Source of the DNA: an uncultured Candidatus Rokubacteria bacterium
GTDB taxonomy: Bacteria; Methylomirabilota; Methylomirabilia; Rokubacteriales; CSP1-6
Assembly: GCA_963848005.1 (NCBI GenBank)
Contig: CAWKCA010000046.1
Span: forward strand, 27,481 to 91,480
Direction of reading: 5' to 3'
DNA: 64,000 nucleotides
In this document: positions 50,415-61,400 of the stretch, piece by piece
How the letters are laid out: each line of letters opens with the position of its first letter
Position numbering within the stretch: position 1 is the first letter of the stretch
Program-made: the position numbers and the translations under genes
The notes under the pieces: generated by a model
What the model saw: only the letters and a program-made list of their open reading frames with translations
Database searches by the model: none
What the model was told of the DNA's origin: nothing

Positions 50415-52215
50415 CTACCCCGCCCACTCTACCGCGGCCACCTTCTCGTGGAAGATGGCCTTCAGAATCTTGCGCGCGATGGGCGCGGCCACTTGGCCTC
50501 CCTTGCCCCCGCGCTCGACGAGGACCACCACGACGACCTCGGGGGCGCGCACCGGCGCGAAGCTGGCGAACCACGCATGGTCCTCGCCCTTGTCGGCGCG
50601 CGACTTCGCGATGATCTGCGCGGTACCGGTCTTGCCCGCGACGTCCAGGCCCGGGAATGCGCGCGGCGGCCCCGGTGCCGCCCTGGTTCACCACCGACCA
50701 CAGGCTTTGGCGGAGGAACGCCCAGACCATGGGCGACAACTCCACATGGCCGGCCACCTCGCCGCCGTCGCTCCACACCACGGCCTGCCCGCGCACCACG
50801 CGTTGGACCAGGCGCGGACGCCACAGGACGCCGCCGTTGGCCACGGCGGCCATGACGCCAGCGACCTGCATGGGCGTAACCAGGAGCGCGCCCTGCCCGA
50901 TCGACATGTTGACCGTTTCTCCGGCGGGCCATCCCGCGCTCCGTCGGCCACGCGGACGCCGAGGCTGGGGGATCAGGCCCGCCTTCTCACCGCTGAACGC
51001 GATTCCCGTGGGACGCCCGAGCCCGAACGCCGCAGCGTAGCGGGCGATGGCGGCGCCCCCGATCTTGAGTCCGTACTGATAGAAGTAGACGTTGCACGAC
51101 TGATTCATGGCCCGGAGCAAGTCGACGGAGCCGTGCCCGCCCTCCTTCCAGTCCTTGAAGGTCACGCCGCCGATGTGAAATGCCCCGGTGCAGTGCACGC
51201 GATCCATGGGCGTGAGCGTGCCTTCCTGCAGCCCGGCGGCGGTGACGATGATCTTGAAGAGGGAGCCCGGCGCGTACTGGCTCTGGATGGTGCGATTCAG
51301 CAGCGGGTACGCCGGGTCCTTCACCACGGCCAGCCACGCCGCCCGATCGATGGTACCGGTGAAGCGGTCGATGTCGAACGCTGGCGTGGACACCATGGCC
51401 AGCACGTCGCCATTGCGCGGATCCATGACGACCACGGCGCCCGCGAGGCCATCCATGGCGCGTTCCGCCGCTTCCTGGATGCGGCGATCGATGGTGGTGA
51501 CGACCTCCGCCCCCGGCGTCGGTTCCGTGCGCTGGAGGACGCCGAGCTGCCGACCCGCGGCGTCGACCTCGGTGCTCTCGCCGCCGTCCTGGCCTCGCAG
51601 ATGGTCGTCGAGCACGCGCTCGAGCCCCGTCTGTCCCACCATGTCGCCTCGGCGGTAGCGGCCCTGGCGGACCTGCTCCTCGCTCACCTCCCGCACGTAC
51701 CCGAGGAGGTGGGCGGCGAAGCGGCTGGTGGGATAGACGCGCTGGGGCTCGACCTCGACGATGACCCCCGGCAGCTCGAGCTTCCACTCCTCGATCTTGG
51801 CCACATCCTCCAGGGTCAGGCCCCGCCGCACGCGCACCGGCGCGATGGAGTCGCCGGGAACGCGCGCGATCGCGTCGATCAATTCCTTGTAGGGAATGCC
51901 GAGGAGCGCCGAGACGCGGCCGAGCACGGCGGCCCGTCGGTCCTCTTCCTCGTCCAGCTCGCGGGGAATCAGCGAGAGCGTGAAGGCCGGGCGGTTGTCG
52001 ACGAGGGGAACGTGATGGCGGTCATACAGGATGCCACGCGGGGCGGCCACCGGCCGCACGCGCATCCGATTCTTGTCGGACGCTTCCCGGAAGTGGCCCC
52101 CGGAGATGACTTGCAGATACCAGAGCTGGACGACGATGACGAGGAAGGCGAGGCCGACCGTCGCCGCCATGACCAGCACTCGGCGCTGGGCCCCGTCGCG
52201 ACGATCGAGCGTCAC
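50415..52215 (-). CDS. mrdA: Penicillin-binding protein 2 (MrdA), with a C-terminal frameshift near 50690.
   Basis: A GTG at 52215 gives MTLDRRDGAQRRVLVMAATVGLAFLVIVVQLWYLQ (TM anchor). The dimerisation and transpeptidase domains follow with SLFK, the active-site Ser in GSLFKIIV, SCN and the KTG region ...GGTGAAARIPG. The frame then becomes nonsense. The true stop is probably the TAG at 50417-50415 in another frame. Confidence 0.75.
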
Positions 52216-52703
52216 GACGCGCGGCCCGGACGCAGATAGTCAGCCGTGGCCAGCGCCACGACCACGACGGCACCGAGAAAACCGTTGTAGAGAGCCTGCG
52301 GCAGCACCTGGTAGGCCATCAGCTCGCCAAAGGGCGCCGGGAACCGGAACATCTGGAGCAGGCCGAACCGCACGACCCCTTCGGCCACGGTGAGCAGGAC
52401 GAGCCCCGGCACCTGGACGAGGGGCGACGTCACGCTGAGTCGCGCCCCCGAGGCCCCGATCGCGAAGCCCACCAGCGCCTTGGTGAGCGCCTGCACGCCG
52501 AGGAGGCCCCCGGTGGTGACATCCTGGAGCAGTCCCGCGACCAGGCCAGCCAGGCAGCCGAACTCCGGACCGCGCCGCAGCGCCAGCATCACCACCACGA
52601 CCAGAGGGATGTCGGGGACGACGTCTCCCACGCGCAGCAGGGAGGCAAGCGACCCGTGGGCGACCCCGCCGCCGAACACGGCTAGGACGGCCAGCACGCG
52701 CAC
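52212..52703 (-). CDS. mreD: Rod-shape-determining protein MreD.
   Basis: A 163-aa polytopic membrane protein lies between mreC and mrdA. Its sequence is MRVLAVLAVFGGGVAHGSLASLLRVGDVVPDIPLVVVVMLA.... Confidence 0.7.
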   Translation of the reverse strand: MRVLAVLAVFGGGVAHGSLASLLRVGDVVPDIPLVVVVMLALRRGPEFGCLAGLVAGLLQDVTTGGLLGVQALTKALVGFAIGASGARLSVTSPLVQVPGLVLLTVAEGVVRFGLLQMFRFPAPFGELMAYQVLPQALYNGFLGAVVVVALATADYLRPGRAS

Positions 52704-52704
52704 C

Positions 52705-53547
52705 CTACTTGTCTCCCGGTCGGAAGAACGCCGTCAGGTCCGGCGCCCCACCCTGGTTCATGACGACCAGCACGTCCTCCAGACGCGAGAGGTCGACCAC
52801 GGGGGTCAACGCGGCGAAGTGGAAGAGCGCGGAGCCCCGATCGTCGATGGACTGGATCCGCCCGATGGGAAGCCCACGCGGGATGAGACCCCCCACCCCC
52901 GAGGTGACGACGAGGTCGCCAACCTTGAGGCCGGCGCCGTCCCGCGCCATGAATTTGAACCGCATGGTGCCACGCGCCTGCCCCTCCACGATGCCGGCCG
53001 TGCGCGTGCCGACCACGTGCGCGCCGACGGTGGAGGCCGGATCGGTCAGCAGCTGCACGATCGCCGTGGCGTGACGAACCTCGACCACACGCCCCACCAG
53101 CCCTGCGGGCGTGATCACGGCCATCAGCCGCGTGACGCCGTCCTGGCGGCCCCGGCCGATGGTGAGCGAGCGGACCCAGCCACCCCACTCACGGGCAATG
53201 ATCTCGCTGGCCAGGGTGGCGAGAGGCAAGCGCTCCTGCAGGGAGAGCAGGAGGCGCAGGCGACGGTTCTCATCGACGGTCTCGTCCACCTGGAGCGTGG
53301 CGGTGCGCAGGCGCTGGATCTCATCGCGGAGCCGAACGTTCTCCGCACGCACGTTCCTCCACTCGCGATAGGTCGACCACGCGCCGACGGCGAAGTGCCC
53401 AGTGCGGGCCACGGCAGTCTGGATGGGCGCGGTGAGGGCGGCGAGCGCGTCGGCGGGGGCCGAGGACTGACTGCGCGCCTGCACGGTCAGCAGGACCAGG
53501 CAGAGGAGCACCGTTCCCCCCAGGAGCACCAGCCCTCGTGTCTTCAC
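52705..53547 (-). CDS. mreC: Rod-shape-determining protein MreC.
   Basis: The protein has a signal anchor and a coiled coil (NVRLRDEIQRLRTA...). The beta-barrel core ends ...GDLVVTSGVGGLIPRGLPIGRI. The start is a GTG at 53547. Confidence 0.8.
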   Translation of the reverse strand: MKTRGLVLLGGTVLLCLVLLTVQARSQSSAPADALAALTAPIQTAVARTGHFAVGAWSTYREWRNVRAENVRLRDEIQRLRTATLQVDETVDENRRLRLLLSLQERLPLATLASEIIAREWGGWVRSLTIGRGRQDGVTRLMAVITPAGLVGRVVEVRHATAIVQLLTDPASTVGAHVVGTRTAGIVEGQARGTMRFKFMARDGAGLKVGDLVVTSGVGGLIPRGLPIGRIQSIDDRGSALFHFAALTPVVDLSRLEDVLVVMNQGGAPDLTAFFRPGDK

Positions 53548-53569
53548 GCTCGAGTTCCGCGGCGAACGC

Positions 53570-54643
<1,074 letters not shown>

Positions 54644-54820
54644 CTATCGTAGCAAAGCTCGGGCATCGGACAAAGGCGAAAGATCAATGTTGACAGGGAC
54701 TTAGATGGACAGGATGGCCGACCCGAAACCGTAGGGTTTTCCAGCGGTTGTCGGGCAACGCCCTGGACACCCGGATTGTCCGAGCGCCCCGTTCCGGTAT
54801 GGTATCTCGGGGCGGTCGTC

Positions 54821-54913
54821 ATGGAGGACGAGTTCGAACTGTTCTTCGCGAGAGGCGTCACGGACGGCCTGCCCGTGGTGCCGCCCATCCGCGAGCGCGT
54901 GGAGCGTGGCGGG
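54821..54913 (+). pseudogene. Short remnant paralogous to the N-terminus of the UGSC-partner protein (9710..10831).
   Basis: The fragment MEDEFELFFARGVTDGLPVVPPIRERVE aligns with EVCYERGWTDGLPVVPPTEALVE of the 9710 gene. The frame then becomes Arg/Gly-rich nonsense. Confidence 0.4.
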
Positions 54914-55092
54914 CGGAACCGCTGGCCGGTTTTCGGTGGCGATCCCGGGCTGGCTGGGCACCAGGAACGGGTCCCGCCCATCACCCGGCGCATAAGATTT
55001 CGATTGACTTTCCCTCGCTTGTATGTCACCCTGCTGGCCGTTCTGAGTCCACTGGGAGTTCGAGAATCAAACGGGTCAGGAATCAAACGGGA

Positions 55093-55140
55093 AAGTCGAA
55101 GAGCACGCCGCGCGGTTGCCGTCCGCGCGGCGTTTTTCTT
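55093..55140 (+). terminator. Strong intrinsic-terminator-like hairpin with a T-tract, located inside the mreB-csp divergent intergenic region.
   Basis: CGCCGCGCGG-TTGCCGT-CCGCGCGGCG is followed by TTTTTCTTTG. It is a 10-bp perfect stem with a U-tract, rare in this genome. It sits about 90 nt upstream of the csp2 start and just downstream of the remnant ORF. Confidence 0.45.
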
Positions 55141-55223
55141 TGCCCTCCAATGCCGGAGGGCAACCCCGCCTGAACGGCGGGAGAACACAGGGGCTTGAAG
55201 ACCCCCTAAAGAGAGGTCGCAGG

Positions 55224-55424
55224 ATGCCACAGGGACAAGTGAAGTGGTTCAACGACGCAAAGGGGTACGGCTTCATCACTCAGGAGGGCGGGGAGGACGT
55301 GTTCGTCCACTACAGTGCCATCCAGGCCAACGGTTTCAAGAGTCTCTCCGAGGGTGATCGGGTCGAGTTCGAGGTCACGCGCGGCCCGAAGGGTCTTCAG
55401 GCCAGCAACGTCAGGAAGGCCTAG
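55224..55424 (+). CDS. cspA: Cold-shock protein (CspA family), paralogue 2.
   Basis: [66 protein letters not shown] is about 85% identical to the 26149..26349 product. An AGAGAGG RBS is present. Confidence 0.9.
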   Translation: MPQGQVKWFNDAKGYGFITQEGGEDVFVHYSAIQANGFKSLSEGDRVEFEVTRGPKGLQASNVRKA

Positions 55425-55440
55425 CGCCCCGCTCGTGGTG

Positions 55441-55478
55441 CCCCGGGCCAGTACCGGCCCGGGGCGCCAGCCGCCGCT
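55441..55478 (+). terminator. GC-rich hairpin downstream of csp2, a putative terminator.
   Basis: GCCCCGGGCC-AGTACC-GGCCCGGGGC is a perfect 10-bp stem starting 17 nt after the stop codon. There is no U-tract. Confidence 0.3.
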
Positions 55479-55898
55479 GCCGCATCGTTCGCCTCGCACG
55501 AAAGCAAAAGCCCCGACGATCGCTGCGACGCGCTGTCGATCTCGGTCCTGCGCGCGCGCCGCCCCGCTGGTGTCGGCGGGATCGTCGGGGCCGGTGGTGC
55601 CTGGGAACCCCAGGCGTTCCACCTCGAGCTAGCGTGGAGCCTGCCTAGGAGGCAACCACCTCACAGATCACCGTAGGTTTACACATCGGCTGGATCACCT
55701 CCTATTCTCGGCAAGGGCGCCACGCGGGCCCAGTTCCCACTCACCCAGAACCGGATGCCGACTCCCGGCCCGGGGCTCGGTCACGTTCAGCCGCCGACCC
55801 TAATGCCGACGGGGACGCTGGGGGAGCGCTGTGACGCTCCGACCGACTTGTGATTTATCTTACATAACCCTCGCCCGGGACCAAGGAAAATTTGCGCC

Positions 55899-56258
55899 TC
55901 AGCGAGTGACGATTCGGGCGCGGTTCTTCTCCCAGAGCCCCTCGCCCATACCGTCCACCTTCCTGACGTCGTCCGGCTTCTTGAAGGGTCCGTGGGCCTC
56001 GCGATAGGCGACGATGCGCTGGGCGACCTTGCGCCCGACGCCGGGCAGGGTCATCAGTTCCTTGACGTCGGCGGTGTTGACGTTCACGCGCGCCTCGCTC
56101 GGTGCCGCGACCACGCGCGCGGGGCGCGCGGCTTTCGACGCCGGCTGGGCGCCGCTGGCCGGCTCCTCGGTGCGCCGTGAGCTCTGCGCATACGCCGGCC
56201 AGGACATCAGGGACGTTCCGAGGACCACGAGAACGGGTAGGGCTTGAAGGATCGTCAT
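55899..56258 (-). CDS. comEA: ComEA-family helix-hairpin-helix DNA-binding protein (competence/DNA-uptake type).
   Basis: The ATG at 56258 has an AGGAGG RBS. A signal peptide MTILQALPVLVVLGTSLMSWPAYAQ is followed by the C-terminal VNVNTADVKELMTLPGVGRKVAQRIVAYREAHGPFKKPDDVRKVDGMGEGLWEKN tandem HhH. Confidence 0.8.
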   Translation of the reverse strand: MTILQALPVLVVLGTSLMSWPAYAQSSRRTEEPASGAQPASKAARPARVVAAPSEARVNVNTADVKELMTLPGVGRKVAQRIVAYREAHGPFKKPDDVRKVDGMGEGLWEKNRARIVTR

Positions 56259-56464
56259 GGCGTCCTCCTGCGGGGTGTGGGGTGAACAGCACGCTCGACG
56301 GATCGAGCGTGGCCATTCAACCGGCTCCCGCGGAGGCCAATCAATGTCCAGTCTTGTGGACACTCAGGAGAGATACGGGTATGTCGCGGTACGCGACAGC
56401 ATCGGATACATGGGCTCCTGGTGAGGGTGACGAGGAGGAGCGGGATCGTTCCCCCTACCCTGAA

Positions 56465-56764
56465 TCAGTCGTCGCGGGCGAGCCGATCCAGATACTCCTG
56501 CCACTCCACCGGGAGCATCCACTTCTTGCGGGCATTGCAGTCCTGGCAGGCGGGGGCGACGTTGCCGCGCACGCTCCGTCCCCCGCGGCCGAGGGGGACG
56601 ACGTGGTCCATCGTCAGGGCCCGGCCGCCTACACGCCGACGGCAATAGACGCAGACGCCGTCGGCGATCCGGCGCTTCCACCACGGGCTCGCGCGCAACT
56701 CGCGGGCCCGCCCCCGCTCACGCTTGAGCGCGTCGGGATCGATCGGGGTCCACGCCTCACTCAT
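56465..56764 (-). CDS. Small HNH endonuclease.
   Basis: The HNH motif C..C...H..P...GG.....N...C..CN is present in CVYCRRRVGGRALTMDHVVPLGRGGRSVRGNVAPACQDCNARKK. The ATG overlaps the ABC-F stop by 8 nt (ATGAGTGA). Confidence 0.7.
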   Translation of the reverse strand: MSEAWTPIDPDALKRERGRARELRASPWWKRRIADGVCVYCRRRVGGRALTMDHVVPLGRGGRSVRGNVAPACQDCNARKKWMLPVEWQEYLDRLARDD

Positions 56765-58659
56765 GGGCGACCAGGCGGGAGGACAGCGCCTCCCACTCGC
56801 GCATGAGCCCGGCCACCTGCCTCTCGGCGTCGCGGCGCTCCTGGGTGAACGCGCGCACCCGGTCGCCGTCCACATAGAGCTGCGGATCACTGAACGCGGC
56901 GGCCAAATCTTGAAGTCGGGCCTCCAGGGCGTGGATCTGCGCCTCTACGTCGTCCAGGCGGCGCCGGAGCTCGCGGACTTCGGCCGACGGGCGAGCCCGG
57001 GGCGATGCCGAGGCCGTGCGGCCGCCGCGCGAGGGCTCGGCGGCCGGCCCGGTCGGGGCTGGACGTCACCGCCCTCGCCTTGGCCTCCCGATAGTCGTCG
57101 TAGCCGCCCAGGTACGGGGTGAGGATGCCCGCGTCCACCTCGACGATCCTCGTGGCCACCCGGTTGATAAAGTACCGATCGTGCGAGATGAACACGATGG
57201 TTCCGGCAAAGGCGGCGAGCGCATCCTCCAGCACCTCGCGCGAGACGAGATCCAGGTGGTTGGTGGGCTCGTCGAGGGCGAGCAGCGCGGCGGGACGCAC
57301 CAGCATCCTCGCCAGGGCCACCCGGGCTTTCTCGCCTCCGGACAGGACAGCCACCTTCTTGTCGACGGCGTCGCCCGAGAGCAGAAAGGTGCCCAGGATG
57401 GTGCGCAGCCGCGTCTGGGTGAGAGCGGGGGCCACTGTCTCCAGCTCCTCGAGCGCGCTCCGGGCGGGATCGAGGGCGTCGAGCTGGTGCTGGGCGTAGT
57501 AGTGCACGCTGACGTGACTGCCCAGAACACGCTCACCGCTCTCGAAGGGCAGGACGCCGGCCACGATGCGCAGCAGTGTCGACTTCCCGGCGCCGTTGGG
57601 CCCGACGAGCGCCAATTTGTCGCCCCGCTCCACGTCGAAATCCACCCCGGCGTACACGACCTTCCCTCCATAGGCCTTGTGCACGCCCCGCAAGGTGATC
57701 ACGCGCCGGCCGGTGCGGGGCGGCTCGGGAAAGCTGAAGCGGATCTGGCGCGCCCGCTCGGGCGATTCCACCCGCTCCAGGCGCTCGAGCATCTTGATCC
57801 GGCTCTGCACCTGCCGCGCCTTGGTGGCCTTGTAGCGGAAGCGCTCGATGAAGCGCTCGATCTCCGCCACCTGTTTGGCCTGGTTGCGGGCGCGCGCCTC
57901 GAGCAGCTGGCGGCGCGCCTCCCGCTCGACGAGAAAGTCGTCGTAGTCGCCCGGGTAGAGGGAGAGCCCGGCCGGCCCCAGCTCGGCGATGGAGGTGACC
58001 ATCCGGTTCAAGAAGTAGCGGTCGTGCGAGACGACGACAACGGCCCCTTCATAGGTGGCGAGAAACGCCTCCAGCCAGGCCAGCGACTCGAGGTCGAGGT
58101 GATTGGTGGGCTCGTCCAGCAAGAGCAGGAACGGCCGCAGGAGGAGGAGTCGAGCCAGGGCGGCCCGCATCCGCCAGCCTCCTGAGAACTCGACGAGCGG
58201 ACGCACCGCGTCCGCGTCGGCAAAACCCAAACCACCCAGGATGGCCCGGGCCTCGCTCTCGAGACGATAGCCGCCCAGCGCCTCGAAGCGGTGCTGGAGA
58301 TCGCCGTACCGTGCGGTGAGCGCATCGTCGGCGGCCGTGGCCAGCGCCCGCGCCACCTCGTTCATCTCGTGCTCGATGGCCCACACGTCGGCGAATCCGC
58401 TCAGCGCTTCGGCGAGGACCGATCCGACTGCCGCGCCCGCGGCCTCCTGCGGCAGATACCCGATGGTGGCGTCACGGGCCCGGGTCACCTGCCCGTCATC
58501 CAGCTCCTCCAGGCCAGCCAGCGCGCGACAGAGGGTCGTCTTGCCGGCGCCGTTCGGCCCCACCAGGCCCACGCGCTCGCCCGCCGTGATCCGCCATGAG
58601 AGATCGCGAAAGAGCGGCCGGCCGCCGTAGCTCTTCGCGGCGCCCTCGATCTGGATCAC
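56757..58659 (-). CDS. ABC-F family ATPase (EttA/Uup-like translation factor), with one C-terminal frameshift near 57040.
   Basis: Two ABC cassettes are present (GPNGAGKTTL...LSGGWRMRAAL...LLLDEPTNHLD, then GPNGAGKSTL...LSGGEKARVAL...LALDEPTNHLD). The ABC-F linker is present and there are no TM domains. After ...YLGGYDDYREAKARA, the +1 frame gives the expected C-terminal coiled coil SAEVRELRRRLDDVEAQIHALEARLQDLAAAFSDP...REWEALSSRLVAHE-TGA. Confidence 0.8.
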
Positions 58660-58662
58660 CCG

Positions 58663-59058
58663 TTACCCCATGGTCTGGACGCGCTCGGGGGTGATCTTCA
58701 CCACCATCCGCACCTCGCCGGGACGGCGGAAGGGATACGTGTCCTGGCCGAGGTACTTCTTGGCGAGCGCATCGATGTGGGCGTCGGCGCCCTGCTCGGT
58801 CATCTCCGCCACGCGCCCGCGGACCTGGATGTACCGGTAGGGGTTCTCCGGGTCCAGAATGGACAGGGCCACCCGGGGATTCGCCGTCAAGTTCTTGTCC
58901 TTGATCCGACCGCGGGCGGTGTTGAAGCGCACGTAGGTTCCGTCGAAATCCACCCACACCGGCGTCGACTGCGGCGCGCCCGCCGCCGACACGGTGGCGA
59001 GGTGCGCGAAGGCCTTCTTCTCGAAGAGATCGCGATAGTTCTCGGGAATACCAGCCAC
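58663..59058 (-). CDS. Pyridoxamine 5'-phosphate oxidase-family (PPOX class, probably F420-dependent) protein.
   Basis: The 131-aa product is MAGIPENYRDLFEKKAFAHLATVSAAGAPQSTPVWVDFDGTYVRFNTARGRIKDKNLTANPRVALSILDPENPYRYIQVRGRVAE... with the split-barrel FMN/F420-binding pattern. Confidence 0.75.
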   Translation of the reverse strand: MAGIPENYRDLFEKKAFAHLATVSAAGAPQSTPVWVDFDGTYVRFNTARGRIKDKNLTANPRVALSILDPENPYRYIQVRGRVAEMTEQGADAHIDALAKKYLGQDTYPFRRPGEVRMVVKITPERVQTMG

Positions 59059-59071
59059 ACGGGTCTCCTTT

Positions 59072-59614
59072 CTAGCTCTCGACCCCCGGGGGGGAGCCGG
59101 CGGTATCGCTCCGGGGCGGAAGCAGCTCGGCGGCGCGCGCCTCCGCCATCGTGCGGAGCGCGAGCAGCGCGCGCACCACGCATTGCTGAACCAGCATCAG
59201 GTCCTGGCTGAACGGATCGGCCAGCCACTCCCGCGCCCAGTCCCCCTGCTCCGACGCGAATCCCAAGGTCGGCGAGAGCGCTTGCAGGCGCAAGAGCAGG
59301 TCGTCGGGAGGCAACCCGGAGGCCCGCAGCTTGGCCACCACTGCCGAGCGGACCGCCGCATTCCAGATGCCGGTCAGCCCCTCGAGCAGCGCGGCGTAAC
59401 AGGTCAAGTCACCCTTGTTCTGGAATTGCTGGAGCACGGCGGGGACCAGCGCGTTCACGACGGGATCACCGTCGTCATCGACACCGAACAAGGGGCCGAG
59501 GAGCGGATCTTGATGTGGCGCGGGCAGGCTCTCGATCAGGGCCAGCGCGGACGTCGCGGGGACCGGGGAGAGGTGGGCCAGTCGGTCGAGCAGGGGCGCG
59601 TCGTTCGCCACGGC
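59072..59614 (-). CDS. Hypothetical protein (about 180 aa, alpha-helical).
   Basis: A GTG start gives (M)ANDAPLLDRLAHLSPVPATSALALIESLPAPHQDPLLGPLFGVDDDGDPVVNALVPAVLQQFQNKGDLTCYAALLEGLTGIWN.... This is the clean C-terminal part of ORF 59072..60424, whose upstream portion is the out-of-frame MFS gene. Confidence 0.4.
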   Translation of the reverse strand, partial: AVANDAPLLDRLAHLSPVPATSALALIESLPAPHQDPLLGPLFGVDDDGDPVVNALVPAVLQQFQNKGDLTCYAALLEGLTGIWNAAVRSAVVAKLRASGLPPDDLLLRLQALSPTLGFASEQGDWAREWLADPFSQDLMLVQQCVVRALLALRTMAEARAAELLPPRSDTAGSPPGVES

Positions 59615-61070
59615 TAGCCCTCCGCGCGGCTCGGCTCGCCGCGCATGTCGGCGCGCGCGAGGTCCTGGGCGCGGCCGGCGGGAACCAAGAACGCGGACAG
59701 GAGCGCGAGCACGCAGATGCCCGTTCCCACCACGAACACTCCGTGCAGAGCCGCCCCGACGGTCGAGCCCGCGTACAGTCGGTGCGCCATCACTGCTCCC
59801 ATCACCGAGAGCCCGAGGGCTCCACCGATCGTGCGAAAGAACTGGGTGACTGACGTGGCGAGCCCCAGCTCGTGCCGCGGCACCGCGCTCTGCACGGCGA
59901 TGAGCATGGGAACGAAGACCAGCCCCATCCCGACGCCAGCCAGCGTGACGTGGACCACGGCCATCACTCCCCGTGAGGTCCTCGGCCCAGGTCGAGAAGA
60001 ACAGAAACGCCACGGTCAGGAACATCATGCCGCACATGACCGGGACCCGGTAGCCGGTGCGCAGGACGAGGCGGGCACTGGTGACCGACATGGTCGACCC
60101 AGCCGAGCACGAATGGCGTGAGCACGAAGCCGGCGACCATGGCCGACCTTCCGAGCACCGCCTGCATGAAGAGCGGGACGAACGAGATGGCTCCGAACAT
60201 GGCCATTCCCGACAGGAATCCGGTGGCGAGGGCCGCGAGGACCATCCGATTGCCGAACAGCCCGAGCGGCACGATCGGCTCCCGAGCCCGCCGCTCGACC
60301 CTGACGAACGCCACCGCCGCGAGCGCCGCCGCCGCGAGAGGAACGAGGACGCCGGGTCTCGCCCACGGGCCTGGACGGCTGGCCTCCAGCACCCCGAGCA
60401 GCAGGGCGGTGACGGCGCAGGCAAAGAGCCCGAGGCCCGCGTAGTCGATGACCGGCCGGCGAGCAGGCGCTCGTTCCCCGGCCAGCCCGGTGCCGATCAT
60501 CGCCATGGCGAGCACGCCGAAGGGGAGGTTGATGTAGAACACCCACCGCCATGACGCGTGATCGGTGAGCACACCGCCGAGGAGCGGCCCCACGAGCGAC
60601 GCCACGCCCCAGACCCCGGAGATGTACCCTTGCTTCTTGGCCCGCTCCTCCAGCCCGTAGAGATCGCCCACGATCGTCATGCCGAGGGTGATGAGCGAGC
60701 CCGCCCCTGCTCCCTGCACCATGCGAAAGACAATGAGCTGGACCATGTCCTGAGCGAGCCCCGAGAGCGCCGAACCGACGAGGAACGTGCACATGCCGAC
60801 CATGTACATGGCGCGACGACCGAAGAGGTCGGAGAGCCGGCCCCAGAGCGGCATGGTCACCGTCGACGTCAGGAGGAAGCCCGAGAAGACCCAGGAATAG
60901 ATCTCCATCCCGCCGAGCGCCGCCACGACCGTGGGCATGGCGGTGGCCACCACCGTGGACTCCATGGCGCCCAGGAAGATCGAGAGCATCACCCCGAAGA
61001 GGACCCGGCCCCGCGTCCGCGACGCGTCCGCCTGAGCATGGTGCAGCACGGGGGAGAGGCCGGCCGGCAT
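59614..61070 (-). pseudogene. MFS transporter (DHA2/EmrB-like, 14-TM type), with 2 frameshifts.
   Basis: Three frames carry consecutive TM segments. The first has ...MPLWGRLSDLFGRRAMYMVGM...LGPLLGGVLTD... (MFS motif A). The second is ...TMSVTSARLVLRTGYRVPVMCGMMFLTVAFLFFSTWAED. The third is MMAVVHVTLAGVGMGLVFVPMLIAVQSAVPRHELGLATSVTQFFRTIGGALGLSVMGAV. Confidence 0.65.
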
Positions 61071-61073
61071 CGC

Positions 61074-61400
61074 TCAGTGCCCGCCCGTGCAACCCGCGCA
61101 CTGGCAGAGGGCGCGAAGATCCGCGTAGGGCCAGAGGCTCTCGTGAGCGTCCGCCCACAGCACCCGGAGGCCCGCCGGCGTCCGGGTGATCTCCTGGGGC
61201 CAGGCGCGCGCAGCGGGTGTCAGGTCGAGGGTCTGGCACACTCCACACGCGCAGGCGCGACGCAGACGATCGAAGGGGAAGATGCTGCCGTGATCATCGC
61301 TCCACGTCACCCCGACCGCGTAGCGTCCCACCAGGTGGACGTCCTTGGGCACGTTGGGATCGGGCTGGCCGAGGAGCGGGAGCAAGACCTTCTTGTTCAT
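61074..61400 (-). CDS. DUF971-family protein (gamma-butyrobetaine-hydroxylase-like N-terminal Zn-ribbon domain).
   Basis: The 108-aa product MNKKVLLPLLGQPDPNVPKDVHLVGRYAVGVTWSDDHGSIFPFDRLRRACACGVCQ...LCQCAGC has a paired CxC...CxxC pattern. Its start overlaps the stop of the upstream glycosylase (ATGA). Confidence 0.65.
   Translation of the reverse strand: MNKKVLLPLLGQPDPNVPKDVHLVGRYAVGVTWSDDHGSIFPFDRLRRACACGVCQTLDLTPAARAWPQEITRTPAGLRVLWADAHESLWPYADLRALCQCAGCTGGH

Noticed and set aside
49636-52239. 867-aa plus-strand ORF
   Set aside because: This is the antisense of rodA/mrdA.
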